Shown here: piece by piece, positions 38,096 through 46,038 of the stretch
Layout of the letters: every line of letters starts with the position of its first letter
Numbering within the stretch: position 1 is the first letter of the stretch
Assembly (NCBI GenBank): GCA_964642835.1
Contig: CAZXQA010000002.1
Span: 11,875-75,874 of the forward strand
Direction: 5' to 3'
DNA: 64,000 nt
From: an uncultured Candidatus Saccharibacteria bacterium
GTDB lineage: Bacteria; Patescibacteriota; Minisyncoccia; Phycocordibacterales; Zambryskibacteraceae
Position numbers and translations under genes: made by a program
The notes under the pieces: generated by a model
What the model saw: the letters and a program-made list of their open reading frames with translations, nothing else
What the model was told of the DNA's origin: nothing
Database searches by the model: none

Positions 38096-38716
38096 CTACC
38101 TAGGGGTAAGTCGGTAAGTTGAAACTTGAACCAGAAGTACCAAGCAAAGCCATCCTATAGCTAATGGGGAGACAAGCCACCAAACGATCGAGGTTACCAT
38201 AGTGGCATACAAGTGGATATGCTTCATGTTTTTTCTCATTCCCAAAATGACCGGAATAGTTCTCATTCTCTCCTCCTTGTCTTTTTCCACATCACGCATG
38301 TCACCGGTTAAATTTCTGGCGAACAATACCGCCCCGACGAGATAAGGAATGTATGAGGCATACCCTGTAATTGCCCCGACAATCAGAAGGTTCTGGAGCC
38401 CTCTGCAGAATGGACTTAGCCACCCTAAATTCTTGGTTTTCTTTGTATACAAGTAACTAACAAAGATATATAAGATACCTTCTAGTCTTTTAAATAAAAG
38501 TAGGCCAAAAATAGCTAAGATGTAAGAAAAACTTACAGGCACTCTCTTTCTATAGGTGTGAGCGTGTCTATTTTCTAAATGAGCCAGGAAAGCAACGTGC
38601 AACAATAATGCTCCCCAAAACTGATGAGTTATTGCACCGACAGCAATAAGCAGAAGTACTAAATCTGCCAACGAATATAGGCGTAGCTGTCCCAAGTAAT
38701 TCAAAAACGTCTTCAT
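38096..38716 (-). CDS. Membrane protein, possibly UbiA prenyltransferase-like (cassette 7)
   Basis: Multi-TM; RNLTGDMRDVEKD...MRTIPV.LG resembles the second Asp-rich UbiA motif. Confidence 0.6.
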   Translation of the reverse strand: MKTFLNYLGQLRLYSLADLVLLLIAVGAITHQFWGALLLHVAFLAHLENRHAHTYRKRVPVSFSYILAIFGLLLFKRLEGILYIFVSYLYTKKTKNLGWLSPFCRGLQNLLIVGAITGYASYIPYLVGAVLFARNLTGDMRDVEKDKEERMRTIPVILGMRKNMKHIHLYATMVTSIVWWLVSPLAIGWLCLVLLVQVSTYRLTPR

Positions 38717-38751
38717 ATAAAAAGCATACCAGTCAGAATAAGAAACACTAG

Positions 38752-38823
38752 GGCGACTAGAGAGAATCGAACTCTCGAGACCAGCTCCACAAGCTGGAGT
38801 TTTACCACTAAACTATAGTCGCC
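38752..38823 (-). tRNA. tRNA-His(GTG)
   Basis: GGCGACTA...CCAGC-TTGTGGA-GCTGG...GTTCGATTC...TAGTCGCC; G-1:C73 pair. Confidence 0.95.
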
Positions 38824-38894
38824 ATCAGGAGCACAAGCCCATTATACATTTCTGTACGAATCGAGCCCGCAATTAAGCGAGCTCGATTTCGCAC

Positions 38895-38979
38895 TGGTGC
38901 GCGGGAGAGGATTTGAACCTCCATGCCTCTCGGCGCTACCACCTCAAGGTAGTGCGTCTACCAATTTCGCCACCCGCGC
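38895..38979 (-). tRNA. tRNA-Leu(GAG)
   Basis: CTACC-TTGAGGT-GGTAG anticodon arm, long variable arm, encoded CCA. Confidence 0.95.
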
Positions 38980-39003
38980 ATTGGGGAAACTTTAACGTAA
39001 AAC

Positions 39004-39402
39004 TTAAGCGTTTTCAACCGGAGTCTCTTCCGCCACCACTTCATCCTTCTGCATACGGAGGTTTCTCATCTGGCGGCTGATCTCCTTCGCGGCCTTATCG
39101 CGAATGTGATAGAGCTTCGCGCGGCGAACCTGAGCGCGCTTGATCGTCTCGATGCGATCGATAACCGGTGAGTAGAGAGGGAAAATCTTCTCGACGCCGA
39201 CGCCAGAAGCCACGCGGCGAACGGTGAAGGTAGCACCAGCTTCCGTGCCGTGCTTACGAGCGAGAACGAGACCCTCGAAGGCCTGGAGGCGGACCTTACC
39301 CTTTTCCTGGATCTTCTGCCAGACACGAATAGTGTCGCCCGCGCGGAGGTCGAGCTTCTGGCGTTCTTCGATATTAACCGGTGAAATGACTCTGTTTGCC
39401 AT
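39004..39402 (-). CDS. rplS: 50S ribosomal protein L19
   Basis: GDT.RV, R.Q.FEG.V, TFTVRR...GVGVEK.FP, VRRAKLY. Confidence 0.98.
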   Translation of the reverse strand: MANRVISPVNIEERQKLDLRAGDTIRVWQKIQEKGKVRLQAFEGLVLARKHGTEAGATFTVRRVASGVGVEKIFPLYSPVIDRIETIKRAQVRRAKLYHIRDKAAKEISRQMRNLRMQKDEVVAEETPVENA

Positions 39403-39418
39403 ATGTCTGATGTGCGGA

Positions 39419-40165
39419 CTAATCTAACACACCTCCACCCACCATGTCTACAGCGGCTTGGAAGTCGGCCGGATACGGGGCCACGAGCTCGACACGCTCC
39501 CCCGCGAGGTTCGTGAAGGCGATTTTCCGCGCATGGAGAGCCGTGCGCTCGAAGCCTAAGAGCTTTGGCTTCCCCGCGGCGTAGAGCGGATCGGAGACGA
39601 CGGGTCGCTGGAGCGCCTGGAAGTGGACGCGGATCTGGTGTGTGCGCCCCGTCTTCGGCTGAGCCTCGATAAAACTCACGTTGTGAGTTTTATCGCGCCG
39701 CAAAACGCGGAAATACGTCACAGCCTCGCGATTTTCGCCGCGCGTACTGCCCGGACGAGCCGACCATTTACGGAAGTCACCAGAGCTTCGACCAATCGGG
39801 AAGGTGATCGTCCCATGGTCATCCTTGAGATCACCATATACAAAGAGATGATAGGTCTTCTCCACTTCCCTGTTTTGAAACTGAGCCTTCAAATGCTCGT
39901 GCCCTTGAGCGGTCTTCGCCAGGAGAAGAACGCCCGAGGTGTCGCGGTCAATCCGGTGAACGATACCGGGGCGCGCGATCTCCTTGCCCTCGCGCGTTTG
40001 AATCGGCTCTCCTAGTCCCACGGCCTCTGGATACGCCGCGACAAACCAGTCCGCGAGGCTCGGCTCTTCCGTTCGTCCATCTGAATGCACGACAAGCCCG
40101 GCGGGTTTGTTGACCGCCACAATATCTGCGTCTTCGTAGAGAATCGCGTCTTTTAAATCGACCAT
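39419..40165 (-). CDS. RluA family pseudouridine synthase
   Basis: NKPAGLVVH, HRIDRDTSG, TGRTHQIRVH, LHA. Confidence 0.95.
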   Translation of the reverse strand: MVDLKDAILYEDADIVAVNKPAGLVVHSDGRTEEPSLADWFVAAYPEAVGLGEPIQTREGKEIARPGIVHRIDRDTSGVLLLAKTAQGHEHLKAQFQNREVEKTYHLFVYGDLKDDHGTITFPIGRSSGDFRKWSARPGSTRGENREAVTYFRVLRRDKTHNVSFIEAQPKTGRTHQIRVHFQALQRPVVSDPLYAAGKPKLLGFERTALHARKIAFTNLAGERVELVAPYPADFQAAVDMVGGGVLD

Positions 40166-40166
40166 G

Positions 40167-40238
40167 TGTCCCTGGTAGGAATCGAACCTACATCAGCGCC
40201 TTAGAAGAGCGCTGCTCTATCCATTGAGCTACAAGGAC
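40167..40238 (-). tRNA. tRNA-Arg(TCT)
   Basis: GTCCTTGTAGCTCAATGGATAGAGC...CTTCTAA...GGTTCGATTCC...GGGACA. Confidence 0.93.
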
Positions 40239-40242
40239 AGGG

Positions 40243-40326
40243 TGGGCACGAGAGGACTTGAACCTCCAATCCCTTGCGGGAACAGCGACCTGAACGCTGC
40301 GCGTCTGCCAATTTCGCCACGTGCCC
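40243..40326 (-). tRNA. tRNA-Leu(CAG)
   Basis: CAGCG-TTCAGGT-CGCTG anticodon arm, long variable arm. Confidence 0.95.
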
Positions 40327-40392
40327 GACAGTGCCCATTGGGGCCCGAAGCCCGTGCAAAAACAATACAACATATGCTAGTATCTCGCTATT

Positions 40393-40465
40393 GCGGGATT
40401 AGCTCAGTTGGTAGAGCAACTCTTTTACACAGAGAAGGTCACAGGTTCGAGTCCTGTATCCCGCA
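40393..40465 (+). tRNA. tRNA-Val(TAC)
   Basis: GCGGGATTAGCTCAGTTGGTAGAGC...TTTACAC...GGTTCGAGTCC...TCCCGCA. Confidence 0.94.
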
Positions 40466-40561
40466 CCCGATGGACGAGAAGCGCGCAGGCCGACGGGCCG
40501 AGCGGGGGTCGCGAAAATTTCAGTAAGAAATTATTCGTGACCGAGTCCTGTATCCCGCACC
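40448..40561 (+). mobile_element. 74 bp insert between 20 bp direct repeats of the tRNA-Val 3' end
   Basis: CGAGTCCTGTATCCCGCACC at 40448-40467 and 40542-40561; insert resembles the reverse complement of 35305-35370. Confidence 0.75.
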
Positions 40562-40936
40562 TTAGTTCGAATCGATATAGTTCTTAAGGATGATAGCCGC
40601 GGCCGAAGCATCGGTCATGCTCGTGTTGCCCTGGATCTGGCGAGCCTCCATGGTGGTAAAGATTTCCGGATGGAGAATGACTTCCACGCCATTCTTCTCG
40701 AGAGCGGCCTTGAACTCCTGAATCCGGCCGAGGATCGCGTTCGCCGAACCATCCAAGTTCCTGGATTCTCCCATAATCACCTTCTCGATCCCCTCTTTCA
40801 TCTTGAACTCAAGCACCGTCTCTAAGAGATGCTCATCGTTCGGTAAGACTAGGCGAGGCAAGGCGAAGGTGCCTCCTTCGTCTGTGGAAGCGATGCCTAC
40901 CCGCTTTTCGCCATAATCGATCGCCATTAACTTCAT
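40562..40936 (-). CDS. ruvX: YqgF/RuvX family pre-16S rRNA nuclease
   Basis: MAIDYGEKRVGIA, E..TT.EA, DA.AAAIIL; start at ATG 40936. Confidence 0.92.
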   Translation of the reverse strand: MKLMAIDYGEKRVGIASTDEGGTFALPRLVLPNDEHLLETVLEFKMKEGIEKVIMGESRNLDGSANAILGRIQEFKAALEKNGVEVILHPEIFTTMEARQIQGNTSMTDASAAAIILKNYIDSN

Positions 40937-40962
40937 GAGTTCAGTATAGTACACTAAGGGCC

Positions 40963-41196
40963 ATGGAATCCCTCACCACTCTCTCGAACCTCGTTGGCCT
41001 TGACCCTATCGTTATCATCCTTATTGTCGCGTGGACCTTAGCCTGGAAGGGCTTCGCGCTCTGGCGCGCTGCCGAACTTCGCGAGAAGAACTGGTTCATC
41101 GCCCTCTTTCTCTTGAACACGCTCGGCATTCTCGACATCATTTACCTCTTTGTCCTCACGCGCGGATATAAGGTGGAAGTGGTCGAAGAAAAGTAA
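40963..41196 (+). CDS. Small membrane protein (DUF5652-like)
   Basis: WTL.WKG.ALWRAA......WFIAL..LNTLGIL.IIY. Confidence 0.8.
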   Translation: MESLTTLSNLVGLDPIVIILIVAWTLAWKGFALWRAAELREKNWFIALFLLNTLGILDIIYLFVLTRGYKVEVVEEK

Positions 41197-41219
41197 GGGT
41201 GGTATTGTACAAACATCCG

Positions 41220-41306
41220 GGAGGAGTGGCGGAGTGGTCTAACGCACCTGTCTTGAAAACAGGAGGGCTCGCAAGGGTCCCGTGAGTTCGAATCTCACCT
41301 CCTCCG
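41220..41306 (+). tRNA. tRNA-Ser(TGA)
   Basis: CCTGT-CTTGAAA-ACAGG anticodon arm, long variable arm, GTTCGAATC. Confidence 0.95.
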
Positions 41307-41341
41307 CAACTTATTTAATTAAATTAAGGTAAGCTAGGTTC

Positions 41342-42133
41342 ATGAACCCTGACCATATCTCTCATCGCAAATTTATCCTCGGAGCGAGTGTTGTTGCCGC
41401 TATTTTAATCTTTTCTGCGCATACCGTTTCTCGTCACACTCCCTCCAATTCTCTCCCTGAAGTCCCCGAGGAAGTTTCTGACACCACCTCTTCCCCACCC
41501 GCTTCTCTGACTGAAAGTGCTCCAGCAGAAACCTTGATCCCCACTCTCTCACTTGCGGAAGCTCTGAGTGCGATACCATCAGACGAATCGGCCGAGCCCC
41601 TTTCATCAAGTTCAAATCAAATCATCCTTGAGAAACTTGGTCTTATGTTCGATCTCCCTAAGGGGTACACGGCGTACCAGAAGGAAGGTTTTGAAGGAGG
41701 ATACGGCTTGAACGTCGTCATAACCAAGGACGTTACTCCTGGTCACGTAACGTATGCCGCTATTACTATGAGAACCTTTTACGGTGAGCAGGTCAGTCAT
41801 GAGACTCCTCACGAACCATTCTTCTCTGCGAAGAACTATCTTTCCGCTCTCGTTAAACAAATTAACCTGAAAGAAGCCGAGGCTACTCACTTTTCTTTCC
41901 ATAGTCTGTACCGCACCCCCGCGAAGACCACTCTTGCAGGAAGAGAAGCTCTGTTCTATGAATATGATGAAGTGGACTTGAGTTATCACGTGGTGACGGT
42001 TCTCTCAGGTTCCTGGTATGATTCCGAATATCTCGGATTAGAGATCAGCAGTTCCACCTACGGCACCGGCGCCCAGTTCAACCCCGCCCTCTTTAAACAG
42101 ATTGTGCTCAGCCTCCGACCTATTAACAAATAA
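41342..42133 (+). CDS. Hypothetical exported protein
   Basis: N-terminal hydrophobic helix, Ser/Pro/Glu linker, globular C-terminus. Confidence 0.65.
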   Translation: MNPDHISHRKFILGASVVAAILIFSAHTVSRHTPSNSLPEVPEEVSDTTSSPPASLTESAPAETLIPTLSLAEALSAIPSDESAEPLSSSSNQIILEKLGLMFDLPKGYTAYQKEGFEGGYGLNVVITKDVTPGHVTYAAITMRTFYGEQVSHETPHEPFFSAKNYLSALVKQINLKEAEATHFSFHSLYRTPAKTTLAGREALFYEYDEVDLSYHVVTVLSGSWYDSEYLGLEISSSTYGTGAQFNPALFKQIVLSLRPINK

Positions 42134-42134
42134 C

Positions 42135-42467
42135 ATGCGTCCCATGATCACCATCGACGACTTCGTTAAGTGCGAAATTAGGATTGGCAAAGTGCTCTCC
42201 GCCGAGAGAATTGAGGGCTCGGAGAAACTCCTCAAGCTCTCGATCGATCTCGGAGAAGCAAGTCCTCGCCAGATTCTCTCCGGTGTTGCGAAGGCTGTTT
42301 CTGATCCATCGGAACTTGTCGGCAAGGAGGTGCCAATTATCGCGAACCTCGCGCCGCGCATGATGATGGGTATGGAAAGCCAGGGCATGATGCTCTGCGC
42401 CGACGGCGATCTCCCCGTCTTTCTCCACCCCGCCAAGGACGTTCTTCCCGGCAGCCTCGTTAAGTAG
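42135..42467 (+). CDS. Stand-alone tRNA-binding OB-fold protein (MetRS C-terminal/Trbp111/CsaA-like)
   Basis: IDDF.K.EIRIG.V, EKLLKL..DLGE, RQILSG, NL.PR.MMG.ESQGM. Confidence 0.9.
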   Translation: MRPMITIDDFVKCEIRIGKVLSAERIEGSEKLLKLSIDLGEASPRQILSGVAKAVSDPSELVGKEVPIIANLAPRMMMGMESQGMMLCADGDLPVFLHPAKDVLPGSLVK

Positions 42468-42483
42468 TGATATAATTGGGTGA

Positions 42484-42957
42484 ATGAAAAAAGTTTCTCC
42501 CTTCACGATTGAATGGGAAGCCCCTGAACACGAGCATAAACAGCGCAGCGCTGACTGGTTCTGGGCCACGGGCATTCTCACCATCTCGGCCTCTGTTGCC
42601 GCTTTCATCTTCGGAAACGTTATCTTCGGCATTCTCATCCTTATTGCCGCCTTCTCTCTCGCCCTCTTCATCAACAGAGAGCCTGACATGATCAGCGTCC
42701 GCATGGACGAGCGCGGTATCGCGCGAGACAAGATGTATTACCCATACGAGATGCTGCAGAGCTTCTGGATCGACGTCGAGCACGCGCATCCGAAGATCAT
42801 GCTCGCTTCGAAGAAGGCTTACCTCCCTCTCATCATCATTCCCCTGAGTCACGAGACGGACGCGGAGAAGGTTGCCGACTTGCTCATGGCCCATTTGAAG
42901 GAAGAACCCCACACTCTCCCCCTCCTTGAGAGACTCATCGAATATTTAGGATTTTAA
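42484..42957 (+). CDS. Conserved hypothetical membrane protein
   Basis: W.APE......S.DW, two TM helices, soluble C-terminal domain. Confidence 0.75.
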   Translation: MKKVSPFTIEWEAPEHEHKQRSADWFWATGILTISASVAAFIFGNVIFGILILIAAFSLALFINREPDMISVRMDERGIARDKMYYPYEMLQSFWIDVEHAHPKIMLASKKAYLPLIIIPLSHETDAEKVADLLMAHLKEEPHTLPLLERLIEYLGF

Positions 42958-42963
42958 ATAATA

Positions 42964-42998
42964 GAAAGGGCGCCGCAATATATCGCGGCGCCCTTTTC
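42964..42998. terminator. Bidirectional terminator
   Basis: AAAGGGCGCCGC-loop-GCGGCGCCCTTTT. Confidence 0.8.
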
Positions 42999-43009
42999 GT
43001 CTTACTTCT

Positions 43010-43165
43010 TCACGTCCTGATGGACTTCTGCGATCGCCGGCTCGGCGGACGGTTGTGGTACTTCTGGCGTTCCCGTTCCTGGGGGTTCATGTAGAACCTC
43101 CGGAGATGGTGCGGGACTTGCTTTCCAGAACCTGTCTGCTGAGCCTGCGCGTGCTGCTGTGCCAT
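43010..43165 (-). CDS. Possible small basic protein (51 aa)
   Basis: ATG preceded by AAAGGAA, followed by terminator; no recognisable family. Confidence 0.35.
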   Translation of the reverse strand: MAQQHAQAQQTGSGKQVPHHLRRFYMNPQERERQKYHNRPPSRRSQKSIRT

Positions 43166-43304
43166 CCTGTTGTTCCTTTCCGAGTGGAAGAGACTTACAG
43201 TGGAGTGGGTGCTGCCGAATACCAATGTAGCGCACCTTACAGTCGCGTTCAAGAGGACCTGTGCATAATGTAAAAATGTGCTAGCATGACTTTTGTTGAA
43301 GCTG

Positions 43305-43379
43305 GCTCCCGTCGTTCAATGGATAGGACACAACCTTGCGGAGGTTGCGATGTGGGTTCGATTCCTGCCGGGAGCACCA
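43305..43379 (+). tRNA. tRNA-Arg(GCG)
   Basis: CAACC-TTGCGGA-GGTTG anticodon arm, GGTTCGATTCC, encoded CCA. Confidence 0.93.
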
Positions 43380-43430
43380 AATGAAAAATCCCCTCAATGG
43401 GGATTTTTCATTTGAGGCGGAACCTTTGTA

Positions 43431-43694
43431 TTATTTAATACCTTTTACAAGCTTCGAAAGGCCAGACTTGCGGCGAGCGGCCGTGTTCTTGTTGAGAACA
43501 CCTCCCTTCACGGCCTTGTCGAGAGCCTGCTGAGCGGTGGCCATCATGGCCTGAGCGGCCTTCTTGTCACCCTTGAGAACAAGCTTCTTGAGAGACTTCA
43601 TGGCATTCGTAGCCTTCTCCTTGCGGGCGATATTAACCTCGCGACGGCGGAGCGATTGGCGGCGGGCTTTCTTGGCTGATCTAGTGATTGGCAT
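43431..43694 (-). CDS. rpsT: 30S ribosomal protein S20
   Basis: MP...SAKK..RQ, LDKA.K.GV...N.AAR.KS; start at ATG 43694. Confidence 0.95.
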   Translation of the reverse strand: MPITRSAKKARRQSLRRREVNIARKEKATNAMKSLKKLVLKGDKKAAQAMMATAQQALDKAVKGGVLNKNTAARRKSGLSKLVKGIK

Positions 43695-43733
43695 AAGAGG
43701 CAATATACCAGGGTTTACCCTATAATGGCAAGT

Positions 43734-44309
43734 ATGATTGCTTCGCTCAGCGGCACCATCCGACACAAGGACACTACGTCTCTCGTGATTGACGTCGGAG
43801 GCGTGGGCTACCGCGTAGCTGTCCCCGCGGACGTCTCTCTCGCCACCTCCCTCTCCCAGCCGGTCTTCCTCTGGACCCACCTGGCCGTCCGCGAAACCTC
43901 ACTCGACCTCTTCGGCTTCCTCGAGCGCGAAACGTTAGAAATCTTCGAGCTTCTCATCACCATTTCTGGCATTGGGCCTAAAACGGCTCTCGGGATCTTA
44001 AACGTCGCCTCCCCCGCCACCCTGCGTCAGGCCGTCGGCTCGGGCGACACTTCCTATCTCACTCGTGTCTCCGGTATCGGCAAGAAAAACGCCGAGAAGA
44101 TCGTCATGGAACTCAAAGATAAGCTCATCGTCACCGACGAAGAGAAGAGTATGGATACCCGCACCGAGGGTGACGCCATGGAGGCCCTCCTCTCCTTGGG
44201 CTACAGCGAACGCGATGCCCGTGATGCCTTGAAGAAGGTTGATAAAACTGTGAAGGGAGCGAGCGATAGAGTGAAGCAGGCTTTGAAGGTATTATCTCAG
44301 CATGCCTGA
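43734..44309 (+). CDS. ruvA: Holliday junction branch migration protein RuvA
   Basis: MIASL.G, DVGGVGY, LITISGIGPK.AL, GIGKK.AEKI, AL.SLGY. Confidence 0.96.
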   Translation: MIASLSGTIRHKDTTSLVIDVGGVGYRVAVPADVSLATSLSQPVFLWTHLAVRETSLDLFGFLERETLEIFELLITISGIGPKTALGILNVASPATLRQAVGSGDTSYLTRVSGIGKKNAEKIVMELKDKLIVTDEEKSMDTRTEGDAMEALLSLGYSERDARDALKKVDKTVKGASDRVKQALKVLSQHA

Positions 44310-45162
44310 GTTACCAGAAGTCCAAACTACCGTCGACGGGATTAACCAGACGAGCCGAGGGAAGACGATCGCGGGTGTCACTACCTCGTACAACAGCTCT
44401 CATTACGCTGGCAAGGATGAGGTGAAGAACCCAACCTTTTTCAAAGAGTTTAAGAAACGCGTCATCGGCAAAACAATTCTCAAAGCCGAGCGCCGAGCGA
44501 AAAATATTTTGATTCACCTCTCTGGCCAAGAGACCATCCTCACCCACATGAAGATGACGGGCTCCTATTTCTACAACCCGCCCAAGGACGCCAAACACAT
44601 CCGCCTCACCTTCACCCTCAACAATGGCAAAGCACTCGCTCTCGCAGATCTCCGCCGCTTCGCCAAGGTCACGGTGATTAAAACTGACAAACTCAAGGAT
44701 TCTACTCACCTCGCGAACATCGGCCCCGAACCACTCGACAAGAATTTTCAATTTCCCCGTTTCAAGTTTCAATTACTGCAAAAGCCGAAGGGGAAAATTA
44801 AACAAGTCCTTATGGACCCGAGCGTCGTCGCTGGTATCGGCAACATCTACTCAGACGAAATTCTCTGGCGCTCCTCCGTCCATCCCCTCTCGCTCGTCGC
44901 GAAGATTCCAGAGAAGAATCTGAAGCTCATGTTTAAAGCCATGAAGGAAACACTTACAAAAGGCATCCACTTCGGCGGTGACTCAACCTCTGACTACTTA
45001 AATATCGAGGGCAAGCCAGGAGCATTCCAAGCCCACCATCGCGCGTACCACATGCACAAGAAACCATGTTTGAAGAAAGGCTGCCCAGGCGTCTTAGAGC
45101 GCCTCATCATCGGCGGCCGCTCCGCGCACTTCTGCCCGGTGCATCAGAAACTGTATAAATAA
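44302..45162 (+). CDS. mutM: Formamidopyrimidine-DNA glycosylase
   Basis: MPELPEV, H..MTG, GIGNIY.DE, C-terminal zinc finger. Confidence 0.95.
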   Translation: MPELPEVQTTVDGINQTSRGKTIAGVTTSYNSSHYAGKDEVKNPTFFKEFKKRVIGKTILKAERRAKNILIHLSGQETILTHMKMTGSYFYNPPKDAKHIRLTFTLNNGKALALADLRRFAKVTVIKTDKLKDSTHLANIGPEPLDKNFQFPRFKFQLLQKPKGKIKQVLMDPSVVAGIGNIYSDEILWRSSVHPLSLVAKIPEKNLKLMFKAMKETLTKGIHFGGDSTSDYLNIEGKPGAFQAHHRAYHMHKKPCLKKGCPGVLERLIIGGRSAHFCPVHQKLYK

Positions 45163-45174
45163 TAAGCGGCGCGC

Positions 45175-45480
45175 TCAGCTTTCGCTTTGCGCGCCACTCT
45201 TTTCTTCTTTCTTTACTTCGAGAATCAGGCTGCCGTCGTGGAAAAACGCTGACCCAAGAGTTCTGATCAAGGACCATCTCTTCCACAACTGATTCCGTCG
45301 TGCATCTGAGAGTCTTAGAAAAAATCCTCGACGGTAGGGGTACACCTCGTTGAAGATGGCCGCGTGATTCTCTCTCGGCTCAACTACGGCATTGTGCAGT
45401 CGCCCCAGGAACTGCCTTTCTTGTGGAGTTTCGCCTTCGAGCCGCAAGTTTCCTTCATCAGTAAGAATTGCTTTCATCAC
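45175..45480 (-). CDS. Hypothetical protein
   Basis: Fills the intergenic gap; AGGAGAG SD-like site and TTGACA upstream. Confidence 0.5.
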   Translation of the reverse strand: MMKAILTDEGNLRLEGETPQERQFLGRLHNAVVEPRENHAAIFNEVYPYRRGFFLRLSDARRNQLWKRWSLIRTLGSAFFHDGSLILEVKKEEKSGAQSES

Positions 45481-45560
45481 ACTCTCCTTTCTTAATCATA
45501 CACCCATTTAGCCTATTTGTCAAGGAGTATTTGGTGGCTTAAGGGCTTACTATTTCGCAT

Positions 45561-46034
45561 ATGAAGACAGGCGTCCTGATTTTGGACAATTTACGAAGCG
45601 TCGAGAACACGGGCTCCATTTTCCGCACCGCGGAGGGACTTGGCGTAAGCAAAATCTATTGCATCGGCACCACCCCTACCCCACTCGACCGCTTCGGCCG
45701 CAAGCGTACCGACTTCGCCAAGGTCTCTCTCGGCGCGGAAGAAATGCTTGAGTGGGAATATGCGAAAGAAATTATGCCAGTGTTAAAAGAATTGAAATCA
45801 CAGAACTTTAAAATCCTCGCGCTCGAACAAGATGAACGCTCTATACCTCTCCAAGCCGCAGGCCCCAAGCTCTCTACCTTTGCCCTTGTCGTCGGTAACG
45901 AAGTAGATGGTGTCTCGAAAGAAGTTCTCGATACGGCGGATAAGATCCTCGAGATCTCGATGCGGGGCAAGAAAGAGTCCTTAAACGTCTCCGTCTCGAC
46001 GGGCATCGCCCTGTATTCCCTCATGCTAGAATAA
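45561..46034 (+). CDS. TrmH/SpoU family RNA methyltransferase
   Basis: LDNLRS.EN.GSIFRTA, VGNE..G, M.G.KESLNV.V. Confidence 0.93.
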   Translation: MKTGVLILDNLRSVENTGSIFRTAEGLGVSKIYCIGTTPTPLDRFGRKRTDFAKVSLGAEEMLEWEYAKEIMPVLKELKSQNFKILALEQDERSIPLQAAGPKLSTFALVVGNEVDGVSKEVLDTADKILEISMRGKKESLNVSVSTGIALYSLMLE

Positions 46035-46038
46035 ATCC

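Larger units (their letters stand above)
33098..38754. mobile_element. Tandem gene-cassette array at the tRNA-His 3' end
   Basis: Seven co-oriented AT-rich genes, each bounded by copies of one junction repeat; the last junction fuses into the tRNA-His acceptor stem. Confidence 0.8.

Noticed and set aside
33098-38754. CRISPR array interpretation of the repeats
   Set aside because: Repeats are about 100-140 bp, divergent, and separated by whole genes; no cas genes are present.
33098-38754. Classical integron with attC sites
   Set aside because: No intI in the window. The repeats lack the RYYYAAC...GTTRRRY long palindrome in the cargo orientation and are tied to a tRNA end.
40188-40526. ORFs 40188-40373 and 40224-40526
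   Set aside because: They are translations of tRNA genes.
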